A stretch of DNA of 64,000 bases from an uncultured virus (IMG/VR IMGVR_UViG_3300031689_000528) (taxonomy: Duplodnaviria > Heunggongvirae > Uroviricota > Caudoviricetes): the IMG/VR virus record IMGVR_UViG_3300031689_000528, one strand, 5' to 3'. The notes beneath the pieces were generated by a model that saw only the letters and a program-made list of their open reading frames with translations, ran no database searches and had not been told where the DNA came from. Shown here one piece after another: positions 1 through 9,756 of this stretch (position 1 is its first letter; each line of letters begins with the position of its first letter). The position numbers were made by a program, and so were the translations under genes.

Positions 1-2
1 TT

Positions 3-476
3 ATGACAAAATTAGAAGACAAGGTTAACGACATATTAGGAATTGAATCATCTTCTACAGAAATTGTAGAGAAGAAAGAATTTACACCAGTTGTACCTAG
101 AGTTGAAGATAAAAATAAAGAAGATATAGATAACGACTACAAATACAGTAGAGAAAGTTATTTCAATTTAATAGAAAAAGGTCAAGAAGCTATTCAAGGC
201 ATATTAGATATCGCAGCTGAGGGTCAACACCCTAGAGCATACGAAGTTGTAGGTCAATTAATAGGTCAAGTAGGTGCAACAGTTGATAAACTACAAGACT
301 TACAAAAGAAACTTAAAGACCTTAAAGAGGTACCTAAAAGTGCCACGTCTAATATTAAAAATGCATTGTTTGTAGGTTCAACTGCTGAATTACAAAAGAT
401 GTTAAAAGGAGATCATGTTGAAACTGTTGAAAGCAAAAACATCACACCCGAAAAAGATAGTACTAAAGATAAGTGA
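3..476 (+). CDS. gp16: terminase small subunit (T4 gp16-like)
   Basis: HPRAYEV and NALFVGSTAELQK motifs typical of marine T4-like gp16; lies upstream of gp17. Confidence 0.9.
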   Translation: MTKLEDKVNDILGIESSSTEIVEKKEFTPVVPRVEDKNKEDIDNDYKYSRESYFNLIEKGQEAIQGILDIAAEGQHPRAYEVVGQLIGQVGATVDKLQDLQKKLKDLKEVPKSATSNIKNALFVGSTAELQKMLKGDHVETVESKNITPEKDSTKDK

Positions 477-708
477 TTTAACTTATCTTAAATCTCACGG
501 CGTACCATTAAAAGAATTATTAGAGGGTCAAGAATTAATTGATCCTATACAAGTTAATAAGCATAAAATAAGTCCAGTTACTAGATACGGAGTTAACGGA
601 AACATATATATGGAAAAGGAGTGGAGTGTACATAAAGGCAATCAAAGAGTGAAAGCTGCAATACAATTAGGTTACACACACATAGAGGCAATAGTAATAA
701 ATGAGTGA
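415..708 (+). CDS. small ParB/Srx-like domain protein
   Basis: C-terminal VHKGNQRVKAAIQLGYTHIEAIVI resembles the ParB/Srx GxxRxxA motif; overlaps both gp16 and gp17; start uncertain. Confidence 0.5.
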   Translation: MLKLLKAKTSHPKKIVLKISDLTYLKSHGVPLKELLEGQELIDPIQVNKHKISPVTRYGVNGNIYMEKEWSVHKGNQRVKAAIQLGYTHIEAIVINE

Positions 709-2335
709 CGCATATTTAGGAAACCCAAATTTAAAAAAGATTAACACACCTGTTGATTTTTCTAGAGATCAGATAGTAGAATACCAAAAGTGTGCCGGTA
801 ATCCTGTATACTTTATGGAAAAATATATACAGATCGTATCACTTGATGAGGGTCTAGTACCATTTAAGATGTATCCTTTTCAGAGAGATATTGTAAAGAC
901 CATACACGATAATAGATTTACTATATGTAAACTACCAAGACAATCAGGAAAATCTACAACAACTATTTCTTATCTATTGCATTATGCATTATTTAATCCA
1001 AACTCTAACATAGCCATACTTGCAAACAAAAGTTCTACTGCTAGAGATATATTAGGTAGACTGCAACTTGCATATGAGAACTTACCAAAATGGTTACAAC
1101 AAGGTGTAATAAACTGGAACAAAGGTAATATAGAATTAGAAAATAAATCTACCATTGTTGCAGCCGCTACTTCTTCAAGTGCTATTCGGGGTGGTTCATT
1201 TAATATTATCTTTCTTGATGAGTTTGCTTTCGTACCTACTAACATTGCCGAAATGTTTTTTAGTTCAGTTTATCCTACAATTTCTGCTGGTACAAAAACT
1301 AAAATGATTATAGTATCCACACCTTATGGTATGAACATGTACTATAAGATTTGGACAGACGCAATTAATAAAAAAAATGATTACATTCCTATTGAAGTAC
1401 ATTGGAGTGAAGTACCAGGTCGTGATGATAAATGGAAAGAACAAACAATACGTAACACAAGTGAGGAACAATTTCAACAAGAGTTTGAGTGTGAGTTTTT
1501 AGGTTCTGTAAATACATTAATATCGGCATCAAAAATTAAATCAACACCTTACATAACACCTTTAAAGTCGGCTCAAGGTGTGGATATATTTGAAGAACCT
1601 ATTAAAGGACATACTTATCTTGCTACAGTAGATGTTTCAAGAGGAGTTGATAAAGACTTTTCCGCCTTTATTGTATTTGATGTTACAAGTATGCCTTATA
1701 AGATTGTATGTAAATATAAGAGTAACGAAATTAAACCTTTTGTTTTTCCTAATATAATATCTAAAGTATGTAAAGGATATAATGAAGCACATATACTAAC
1801 AGAGGTTAATGACATAGGTCAACAAGTTGCAGAAGCTTTGCAATACGAAATTGAATATGGTAACATATTGATGACTACTCAAAAAGGTCGTGCTGGACAA
1901 ATATTAGGTGCGATGTATAGTGGTAGAGGATCATCTTTAGGTGTTCGTATGACCAAGGCAACCAAAAGAATAGGTTGTTCCAATATTAAGACATTAATAG
2001 AGGGTGACAAAGTTGTCATTAATGATTTCAATATTATTCAGGAGATGTCTACTTTTACTAAAAGAGGTCAAAGTTGGCAGGCAGAGGACGGTTCACATGA
2101 CGATTTAATGATGTGTCTAGTCATATTTGGTTGGTTATCTAATCAACCTTATTTCAAAGAATTGACTAATACCAACGCTAGAGAACGTATGTATGAAGAA
2201 CAAAAGAACTTAATTGAACAGGATATGGCACCATTTGGCTTTGTTGATAATGGTGTTGATGATCCTGAAAATGACGCAGAAACCGTAGATGAATATGGAA
2301 CTAGATGGTTTCCTGTGTCCAGAAAAGGTCAGTAA
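701..2335 (+). CDS. gp17: terminase large subunit
   Basis: YLGNPNLK N-terminus, Walker A PRQSGKST, Walker B IIFLDEFAF, nuclease motifs VDVSRG and HDDLMM. Confidence 0.97.
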   Translation: MSDAYLGNPNLKKINTPVDFSRDQIVEYQKCAGNPVYFMEKYIQIVSLDEGLVPFKMYPFQRDIVKTIHDNRFTICKLPRQSGKSTTTISYLLHYALFNPNSNIAILANKSSTARDILGRLQLAYENLPKWLQQGVINWNKGNIELENKSTIVAAATSSSAIRGGSFNIIFLDEFAFVPTNIAEMFFSSVYPTISAGTKTKMIIVSTPYGMNMYYKIWTDAINKKNDYIPIEVHWSEVPGRDDKWKEQTIRNTSEEQFQQEFECEFLGSVNTLISASKIKSTPYITPLKSAQGVDIFEEPIKGHTYLATVDVSRGVDKDFSAFIVFDVTSMPYKIVCKYKSNEIKPFVFPNIISKVCKGYNEAHILTEVNDIGQQVAEALQYEIEYGNILMTTQKGRAGQILGAMYSGRGSSLGVRMTKATKRIGCSNIKTLIEGDKVVINDFNIIQEMSTFTKRGQSWQAEDGSHDDLMMCLVIFGWLSNQPYFKELTNTNARERMYEEQKNLIEQDMAPFGFVDNGVDDPENDAETVDEYGTRWFPVSRKGQ

Positions 2336-2354
2336 ATACGTAAGTTAACATCTT

Positions 2355-2362
2355 TATAAATA
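2355..2362 (+). promoter_or_regulatory. T4-type late promoter (TATAAATA) for gp18
   Basis: Exact TATAAATA in the intergenic space before a structural gene; gp55 is in the window. Confidence 0.8.
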
Positions 2363-2455
2363 GATGTAACTGATAAGTTTAAATATGGGCGTATTAATAA
2401 TACGAGTTGTGAAATATAATATTAATAAATTAGCTAATTAAGAGGAGAATAACCT

Positions 2456-4381
2456 ATGGCATTTCAAGTATCACCAGGCGTTCTCGTTCAGGAAAAAGAT
2501 TTAACAAGAATCATTCCTGCTGTATCAACATCTATAGGCGCATTTGCTGGCGAGTTCAGAAAAGGTCCTTTAGATCAAGTTACATCAATCTCTAGTGAGC
2601 AAGAGTTAGTACAAGTTTTTGGTAAACCAGATAATTCAAATTTTGAGGATTTCTTTACACCAGCAAACTTCTTACAATACTCTAACGCTTTAAGAGTTGT
2701 ACGAGCACAAAACACAGGTGTTTCAAACGCTACCGTATCAGGTAGTTTGTTTGTAATAAAGAACACACAAGACTATCAAGACAATTGGTCAACAGGAGCG
2801 GCTACAGTTGGAGAATGGGCAGGCAGAACTGCAGGAGCATGGGGTAATACCTTAAAAGTTTCTGTATGTCACAGCGCAGTCGGTTTCCAAGAAGACGCAA
2901 AGACAACATTAGATGACGCTGCTATGGCAGTTGGTCATACAACAGTAACAGTAACATCTGGAACAGGTATTGCAGTTGGAGATATTTTAGAATTTTCAAA
3001 AACAGCAGCTGGAACAGATTACGATGGTTACAAATACAGAGTAACAGTAGTTAACTCTAACGATATAACTTTCGTTAGATCAGACACAGGTCAAGGTGGT
3101 TTACACCAAGTACCTGCTAACGGTGCAAACGTTAAAAGACTTTGGGAATATTTTGATGCAGTATCAAGTGCTCCTGGAACATCTCCTCACGCAACAGCGA
3201 GATTAGGTGTTAATGACGAAATGCATGTTGTAGTAATAGACGAAGATGGTCTTATTACAGGAACTCGTGGCGAAGTGTTAGAAGTATTTGATAAAGTTTC
3301 AAAAGCTTCAGACGCTAAAACTCCACAAGGTGATACTAATTACTATGCAGATGTAATTTACAATAAATCAAATTACATTTATTGGACAGATCACCACGCT
3401 TCAGGAACAAATCATGGTTCAGCGGCTGCAGGCATAACGTTTACAGCAGTTGATTCTATTAAAACTGATTCATTACAAGCAGGTGCTGACGGTACAACGG
3501 CAACTACAGGACAGAAAAAAACAGCATACGAAATGTTTGAAGATTCTGAAACAGTAGATGTTGGCCTAATCATGGGTGGTAAATGTGACGCTACACACGT
3601 AGACGACTTAATATCATTAGCAGAAAAAAGAAAAGACGCTATCGCATTCGTATCTCCTCAGAGAACAGATGTAGCTGGTGTTGCTTCTTCTATTACGCAA
3701 ACACAAAATGTTTTATCATTTTGCAATGGTATTAGATCATCATCATACGTGATGATAGACAGTGGTTACAAATATATGTACGACAGATATAATGACGTAT
3801 ATAGATATGTTCCATTAAATGGAGACATTGCAGGTCTAGCGGCTAGAACTGATTTAATTGCAGACAGTTGGTTTTCACCGGCTGGATATAACAGAGGTGT
3901 TATAAGAGGCGCAGTTAAATTAGCATACAATCCTAAAAAATCTCAAAGAGATGAGTTATACAAAGCTCGTGTTAATCCTGTGGTAACATTCCCAGGTCAA
4001 GGCACAATTCTTTTTGGTGACAAAACAGGATTATCAGCTCCAAGTGCTTTTGATAGAATAAACGTAAGAAGATTGTTTATTGTATTAGAAAAAGCGATTG
4101 CTACTGCTTCTAAATTTCAACTTTTTGAGTTCAATGATGAATTTACAAGAGCAAACTTTAGAAACATAGTTGAACCTTTTTTAAGAGAAGTACAAGGTAG
4201 ACGTGGTATCACAGACTTTTTAGTAGTATGTGACGAATCAAATAACACAGGTGAAGTAATTGATAGAAATGAGTTTATTGCTGAGATATTTATCAAACCA
4301 GCAAGAAGTATCAACTTTATTACATTACAATTCATCGCAACACGAACCGGCGTTTCTTTTGAAGAAGTCGCAGGCGGTTAA
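2456..4381 (+). CDS. gp18: tail sheath protein
   Basis: MAFQVSPGV N-terminus, WFSPAGYNRG, FDRINVRRLF, FEFNDEFTR. Confidence 0.97.
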   Translation: MAFQVSPGVLVQEKDLTRIIPAVSTSIGAFAGEFRKGPLDQVTSISSEQELVQVFGKPDNSNFEDFFTPANFLQYSNALRVVRAQNTGVSNATVSGSLFVIKNTQDYQDNWSTGAATVGEWAGRTAGAWGNTLKVSVCHSAVGFQEDAKTTLDDAAMAVGHTTVTVTSGTGIAVGDILEFSKTAAGTDYDGYKYRVTVVNSNDITFVRSDTGQGGLHQVPANGANVKRLWEYFDAVSSAPGTSPHATARLGVNDEMHVVVIDEDGLITGTRGEVLEVFDKVSKASDAKTPQGDTNYYADVIYNKSNYIYWTDHHASGTNHGSAAAGITFTAVDSIKTDSLQAGADGTTATTGQKKTAYEMFEDSETVDVGLIMGGKCDATHVDDLISLAEKRKDAIAFVSPQRTDVAGVASSITQTQNVLSFCNGIRSSSYVMIDSGYKYMYDRYNDVYRYVPLNGDIAGLAARTDLIADSWFSPAGYNRGVIRGAVKLAYNPKKSQRDELYKARVNPVVTFPGQGTILFGDKTGLSAPSAFDRINVRRLFIVLEKAIATASKFQLFEFNDEFTRANFRNIVEPFLREVQGRRGITDFLVVCDESNNTGEVIDRNEFIAEIFIKPARSINFITLQFIATRTGVSFEEVAGG

Positions 4382-4402
4382 TTAGCAGAGGAGAAATAAA
4401 AA

Positions 4403-4930
4403 ATGGCAAACATTAATGACTTCAAAGCTAAACTTGCAGGCGGTGGCGCAAGAGCCAATCAGTTTAAGGTTACAATGCCTTTCCCTGGTTACGCACAAGT
4501 TGGTGGAGAAATAGAAGACTTAGCGTTTCTATGTACAGCTACATCTATTCCTGGAATGACGATATCAAATATCAACGTTCCTTTTAGAGGTAGAGCAATT
4601 AAAATTGCAGGCGATAGAACAATAGCGAGTTGGTCAATTACAGTACTAAACGATACAAACTTCAAAATCAGAAATGCTTTTGAAAGATGGCAGAATGGTA
4701 TTAATAATATGACTGATAACGAGGGATTAACTAATCCAGTTGATTACCAAGTAGACGCTTTTGTTGATCATCTTGACAGAAACGGTAACAACGTTAAATC
4801 GTATACTTTGAGAGGATTATTTCCTACAGAGATTACTGGTATTGACTTATCTTACAGTGAAACAACAGAAATAGAAACTTTTGGTGTTACATTTGAGTAC
4901 CAATACTTTGAAACAAATACTACAACGTAA
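4403..4930 (+). CDS. gp19: tail tube protein
   Basis: GGGARANQF and VPFRGRAIKIAGDR motifs; follows gp18. Confidence 0.95.
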   Translation: MANINDFKAKLAGGGARANQFKVTMPFPGYAQVGGEIEDLAFLCTATSIPGMTISNINVPFRGRAIKIAGDRTIASWSITVLNDTNFKIRNAFERWQNGINNMTDNEGLTNPVDYQVDAFVDHLDRNGNNVKSYTLRGLFPTEITGIDLSYSETTEIETFGVTFEYQYFETNTTT

Positions 4931-4941
4931 TATAGATTTAG

Positions 4942-4966
4942 AGGGCGGCCTTAAAACCGCCCTTTT
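4942..4966 (+). terminator. Rho-independent terminator after gp19
   Basis: AGGGCGG/CCGCCCT stem followed by a T run. Confidence 0.75.
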
Positions 4967-5007
4967 AAAACTATTATAAGTAGTAGTAGAAATAAGGAGA
5001 TTAAATT

Positions 5008-6528
5008 ATGGCAGAGTTTTTTGGATTTAATATTACAAAATCTAAACCTAAGTCGGACCCGAAACAGAATTTTAGTACCCCACAAGCAGAGGACGGCACA
5101 CAAGTAGTTGCTGCTGGAGGGCATTTTGCGTCACACCTTGACATGGAAGGTAGTGCAAAAACCGAATCGGATCTTATAAGAAGATATAGAGAAATTTCAT
5201 TACATCCTGAATGCGACATGGCAATTGAAGATATTGTCAATGAGGCAATTGTATCAAACGAGAACAAACAATCAGTTAAAATGATAACTGAATCTGTTCC
5301 TTATGGTCGTGATGTAAGAAGAAAAATAGAGGAAGAATTTGCAGAAATATTAAGACTATTACAATTCAACACAAGAGGACACGATCTTTTTAGAAGATGG
5401 TATGTTGATGGTAGAATTTATTTTCAAAAGATAATAGATACTACAACTGATAGAAAAGGTATTACTGAACTTAAATATATTGACCCTCGTAAAATCAAAA
5501 AGATTAGAGAGGTAAGAAAAAGAAGACCTGACGGAGTTGCTCCATCGGCTACAAATATGGTAGACGAAATGATGGAATACTTTATATACAATGAAAGAGG
5601 CGTAGGTGGTGCTAGTTTACAAGGTATTAAAATTGCACCTGATACAATTGCGTTTTGTCCATCAGGATTAATAGATCAGAATAAAAACATAGTATTATCA
5701 TACTTACATAAAGCAATTAAACCAGTTAATCAATTAAGAATGATTGAAGACGCTGCTGTTATTTACAGAATAGCAAGAGCACCTGAAAGAAGAATATTCA
5801 AAATTGATGTTGGTAACTTACCTAAACTAAAAGCAGAACAATATTTGAGAGATGTTATGGCAAGATACCGAAATAAACTTGTTTATGACGCAGGCACAGG
5901 AGAAATCAGAGATGATAGAAACTATATGTCTATGTTAGAGGACTTTTGGTTACCGAGTAGAGAAGGTGGTAGAGGAACAGATATTACTACACTTCCAGGT
6001 GGTCAAAATCTAGGAGAAATAACAGATATTGAATACTTTAGAGCAAAACTTTATAGATCATTAAATGTTCCTTCAAGTAGATTAGAAGCTTCTCAAGGTT
6101 TTAATTTAGGAAGATCAACAGAAATTACAAGAGACGAATTAAAATTTACTAAATTTGTTCAAAGATTAAGAAAGAAATTTATTGAACTGTTTAATGATAT
6201 TTTAAAAACACAACTTGTTTTAAAAGGGGTAATTGCTGAAGAAGAATGGCCAATTATCAGAGATAATATTTTCTATGACTTTTTACAAGATGGTCACTTT
6301 GCGGAACTTAAGCATGCTGAAATGTTGAAAGACAGAATAAGTTTAGCTAATGATGTAAGAGACTATGTTGGAAAATACTTTTCAGTTGAGTATGTTAGAA
6401 AGCATATATTAAAACAAACTGAAGCAGATATAGAAAAAATAGACAATCAAATTAAAAAAGAAATAGACACAGGAATAATATCATCACCTAATCAACAAAC
6501 TATTGATGGTGAAGATGACCTTAATTAA
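5008..6528 (+). CDS. gp20: portal vertex protein
   Basis: YRIARAPERRIFKIDVGNLPK, EDFWLPSREGGRGT, ITRDELKF. Confidence 0.97.
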   Translation: MAEFFGFNITKSKPKSDPKQNFSTPQAEDGTQVVAAGGHFASHLDMEGSAKTESDLIRRYREISLHPECDMAIEDIVNEAIVSNENKQSVKMITESVPYGRDVRRKIEEEFAEILRLLQFNTRGHDLFRRWYVDGRIYFQKIIDTTTDRKGITELKYIDPRKIKKIREVRKRRPDGVAPSATNMVDEMMEYFIYNERGVGGASLQGIKIAPDTIAFCPSGLIDQNKNIVLSYLHKAIKPVNQLRMIEDAAVIYRIARAPERRIFKIDVGNLPKLKAEQYLRDVMARYRNKLVYDAGTGEIRDDRNYMSMLEDFWLPSREGGRGTDITTLPGGQNLGEITDIEYFRAKLYRSLNVPSSRLEASQGFNLGRSTEITRDELKFTKFVQRLRKKFIELFNDILKTQLVLKGVIAEEEWPIIRDNIFYDFLQDGHFAELKHAEMLKDRISLANDVRDYVGKYFSVEYVRKHILKQTEADIEKIDNQIKKEIDTGIISSPNQQTIDGEDDLN

Positions 6529-6540
6529 TGGAGAAAAAAT

Positions 6541-6891
6541 ATGAGTAGTGAAATAAAAAACTTTATAGATAAATTATCAGCAGGCAAAAATGCTGAAGCA
6601 GGTGATTCATTTAAAGACGCTTTAAGAGTTAAAGTAGGTGACGCATTAGATAATAAGAGACAAGATGTTGCTGGCAATATGTTTAATGCCCAAGCATTTA
6701 GTAGTCCTAAACCAGATATTGCGACACCAGGACAATTCAATCAAGACGGAACAATAACTAACGCAGATGGAACACCTGGAGAATCAGGACCAGAGTTAGC
6801 GGCTGCGACTGCACCAGAAGTTGCTGAACCAGTTGCTACCGAGGCACCAGCAGACGCACCAGAGGTATCATTAGATAATGTGGGTGCTTAA
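6541..6891 (+). CDS. prohead core protein-like (gp67 position), acidic C-terminus
   Basis: Position between gp20 and gp21; acidic low-complexity tail. Confidence 0.5.
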   Translation: MSSEIKNFIDKLSAGKNAEAGDSFKDALRVKVGDALDNKRQDVAGNMFNAQAFSSPKPDIATPGQFNQDGTITNADGTPGESGPELAAATAPEVAEPVATEAPADAPEVSLDNVGA

Positions 6892-6898
6892 TCACAAT

Positions 6899-7153
6899 AT
6901 GAAAAAGGTTAGTGATATTGTAGAAAACAATAAACTATTTGATAGCAATGCTTATAGAGAGTTAACTCCTGTTATGCAAACTGCTATTAAAGAAGTATAT
7001 AAAATTATTGATGAAGATAATGATATTACTACAGAGAATTTAGTAGTAAAATTTGAAAATGCAGTTGATAGTGTTGTTACAAAACATAGTATACAAAAAG
7101 AACAATTAGAAGATTATTTCACAGACGAAATAATGGAAAAACTAGGAGAGTAA
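6899..7153 (+). CDS. hypothetical head-module protein
   Basis: ORF in the head gene cluster; ATG at 6899 preferred over 6878. Confidence 0.6.
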   Translation: MKKVSDIVENNKLFDSNAYRELTPVMQTAIKEVYKIIDEDNDITTENLVVKFENAVDSVVTKHSIQKEQLEDYFTDEIMEKLGE

Positions 7154-7154
7154 T

Positions 7155-7391
7155 ATGGCGTGGGTAGATGTTACAAATTCAAACAATATATGGGAGTATG
7201 ATAATGCTGCCACAGTAAGTGCAACTTATAGTGATTCAGCCGCCGGTGCTAATTCAACAGTTGCTAGCGGAATAAGAACATACACTAAACCAGGAACTAG
7301 TGATACAGTACAAACTTACATAAAAACTAGAAAAAAAGGAACTACAGTGGAACGTGGTGAGTTATCAAAAACTTACTATGACGCACAATAG
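7155..7391 (+). CDS. hypothetical virion-associated protein
   Basis: AGGAG RBS; tightly packed ORF. Confidence 0.65.
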   Translation: MAWVDVTNSNNIWEYDNAATVSATYSDSAAGANSTVASGIRTYTKPGTSDTVQTYIKTRKKGTTVERGELSKTYYDAQ

Positions 7392-7401
7392 GATATAAAA
7401 T

Positions 7402-7794
7402 ATGGCAGATACAGTTACAAAACAAACTATATCAGATACAACTGGTATAAAATATGTAGTTAAACTTACAAATTTTTCAGACGGTACTGGAGAAACTTTA
7501 GTCAATAAGGTTGACGCTTCAGCACTTACATTTATGACGGAAGATGGTGAGAGAAAGTTAGCTAAAGTATGGTACTCAATTAGTACTTCAAATAATAGAT
7601 CAGCAGTAGAATTAATGTGGTCAGGTGCAACTAATTCAACATTAGCAATAATTTCTGGAAATGGTCACTGGGATTTAAGAACCTCTGGAAACTCTATATC
7701 TAACAATGCAACGACACCAACAGGCGATATATTACTGTCTACAAAGAACTTTGCAGCTGGTGATAATTATACGATTTTGTTAGAGTTTAGATAA
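7402..7794 (+). CDS. hypothetical virion structural protein
   Basis: MADTVT...SDGTGE...GDILLST...YTILLE pattern, recalled from marine T4-like head modules. Confidence 0.6.
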   Translation: MADTVTKQTISDTTGIKYVVKLTNFSDGTGETLVNKVDASALTFMTEDGERKLAKVWYSISTSNNRSAVELMWSGATNSTLAIISGNGHWDLRTSGNSISNNATTPTGDILLSTKNFAAGDNYTILLEFR

Positions 7795-7801
7795 AAAATC
7801 T

Positions 7802-7809
7802 TATAAATA
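7802..7809 (+). promoter_or_regulatory. late promoter TATAAATA (gp21)
   Basis: Exact consensus, intergenic. Confidence 0.8.
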
Positions 7810-7835
7810 TAGATAAGTATTAAAAGAGGGAATAT

Positions 7836-8480
7836 ATGAAACTAATATCCGAAGAAATTACACAGTCAGAAATGTTGGTTGAAGAAACCAATGGCAAGAA
7901 AGACTATAAAATTAGAGGTGTTTTCTTACAAGCAGAGATTAAAAATAAAAATGGACGTGTCTATGAAAAAGGCATACTTGACAACGAAGTAAGAAGATAT
8001 AACGCAGAATTTATCAATAAGAAAAGAGCATTTGGTGAACTTGGACATCCAGACAGTCCAACAGTAAACCTAGAGAGAGTATCGCATATGATTACTAAAC
8101 TCTATCCAGATGGTTCTAATTTTATTGGTGAAGCAAAAATAATGAATACACCATATGGTAAGATTGTAAAAGGTCTTATTGATGAGGGTGCTCAATTAGG
8201 AGTATCGTCTAGAGGTATGGGTTCATTACAAACAAGAGGCGGTGTAAATTATGTAGGTAGAGATTTTTATTTAGCTACTGCTGCTGATATTGTTGCAGAT
8301 CCATCAGCTCCGGATGCTTTCGTTGAAGGCATAATGGAGAGTAAAGAGTGGGTATGGGACAATGGCGTTCTCATTGAAAGGGACTTAAATGCCTGGAAAA
8401 TGAGTATTGAAAGAGCGAAAAGCGTTGCATTGGCGGAAGCTAAAGCGACAGTCTTTAAGGACTTTCTTAAAAAACTCTAG
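7836..8480 (+). CDS. gp21: prohead core protease
   Basis: MKLISE, GELGHP, GVSSRGMGS, DIVADPSAPDAF. Confidence 0.97.
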   Translation: MKLISEEITQSEMLVEETNGKKDYKIRGVFLQAEIKNKNGRVYEKGILDNEVRRYNAEFINKKRAFGELGHPDSPTVNLERVSHMITKLYPDGSNFIGEAKIMNTPYGKIVKGLIDEGAQLGVSSRGMGSLQTRGGVNYVGRDFYLATAADIVADPSAPDAFVEGIMESKEWVWDNGVLIERDLNAWKMSIERAKSVALAEAKATVFKDFLKKL

Positions 8481-8483
8481 TCT

Positions 8484-8491
8484 TATAAATA
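8484..8491 (+). promoter_or_regulatory. late promoter TATAAATA (gp22/gp23)
   Basis: Exact consensus, intergenic. Confidence 0.8.
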
Positions 8492-8548
8492 TACACAAGA
8501 ATTTATAACTAGTTAAAGAAAATAAATTAATACGAAGGAGATATCTCA

Positions 8549-9733
8549 ATGGCCGAAAACTTAAAAAACATTGAAGTAACAAAAGACCAGAAAGACGTAG
8601 CAGAAAATACTGCCAATCCGTCTGCTGATCTTCCGAAAAAAAATGCTGTTGCAGCTGAACCGAATCACTTATCAAATAGTGCTGAGGATTTAGGTGCGGC
8701 TGTAGTTAAACCTACAGACAGTAACCCGGATGCTTCAAAAACAGTTAAACAAGTTTCTGGACAACCTGCTCAAAAAAGTCAAGGTTCTGCTGACGCAATG
8801 CCAACACTTAAAAAAGAAGGTGCTAAAGAAACTACGGACGCTGACGATAAAGAAACAGTTAAAGAAGGCGAAATGCCAGCTGGTCTGAAAAAATACCTTG
8901 ACAAAAAAGACGACAAGGAAGCTGATACTAAAAAAGAAGAAGTTGAAGCGAAAAAAGAAGACGAGAAGGACGAAGAAGTTAAAGCAAAAGACATAGACGT
9001 AAAAGAACATGTTGAAGCTTTAATCGCTGGACAATCTGATTTATCGGAAGAGTTCAAAACAAAAGCTGCAACAATTTTTGAAACTGCAATTAAATCTAAA
9101 GTAAAAGAAATTTCAGAAGAAATTGAAGCAGATTTTAACAAAAGATTCGAAGAAGAAACCTCTACAGCAAAAGCTGAGTTAGTTGAAAAAGTTGATTCTT
9201 ATCTATCATACGTGGTAGAAGAATGGATGAAAGAAAACGAACTTGCTTTAGAAAGAGGAATCAAAGGCGAAATCGCTGAGGACTTTATCAGTGGTCTTAA
9301 AAAATTATTTGAAGACCATTACATAAATGTTCCAGATGAAAAATATAATGTACTTGAAGATCAAGCTTCAAAAATTGAAACGTTAGAAAAGAAACTTAAC
9401 GAATCAATTGAGAAGAATGTTGAACTAAGCAAATTAGGTAACAAGTTTAAACAAGCTGAAATTTTAGATGAAGCTTCAAAAGACTTAACTGAAACTGCAA
9501 AAGAAAAGTTTAACAAACTTGCTGAAGAAGTAGATTATTCAACAGAAACCGATTTTAGAGCAAAAGTAAGTATCATAAAAGAATCTTATTTCAAACCTAA
9601 GACTGTTACTGGTGACGGTATAGATGAAGTAGCGGCTGGCGAAGGAAACTCTAACGAGGATCTTAGCAATGCGATGGCTGCTTATAGTGCCGCTATAAGT
9701 CAAACAAAAGACATTAAATTGTCTAACAAATAA
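8549..9733 (+). CDS. gp22: prohead core scaffold protein
   Basis: LSEEFKTKAATIFE, VDSYLSYVVEEW; lies between gp21 and gp23. Confidence 0.93.
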   Translation: MAENLKNIEVTKDQKDVAENTANPSADLPKKNAVAAEPNHLSNSAEDLGAAVVKPTDSNPDASKTVKQVSGQPAQKSQGSADAMPTLKKEGAKETTDADDKETVKEGEMPAGLKKYLDKKDDKEADTKKEEVEAKKEDEKDEEVKAKDIDVKEHVEALIAGQSDLSEEFKTKAATIFETAIKSKVKEISEEIEADFNKRFEEETSTAKAELVEKVDSYLSYVVEEWMKENELALERGIKGEIAEDFISGLKKLFEDHYINVPDEKYNVLEDQASKIETLEKKLNESIEKNVELSKLGNKFKQAEILDEASKDLTETAKEKFNKLAEEVDYSTETDFRAKVSIIKESYFKPKTVTGDGIDEVAAGEGNSNEDLSNAMAAYSAAISQTKDIKLSNK

Positions 9734-9756
9734 AAATAATAGGGAGATAAAGAAAC

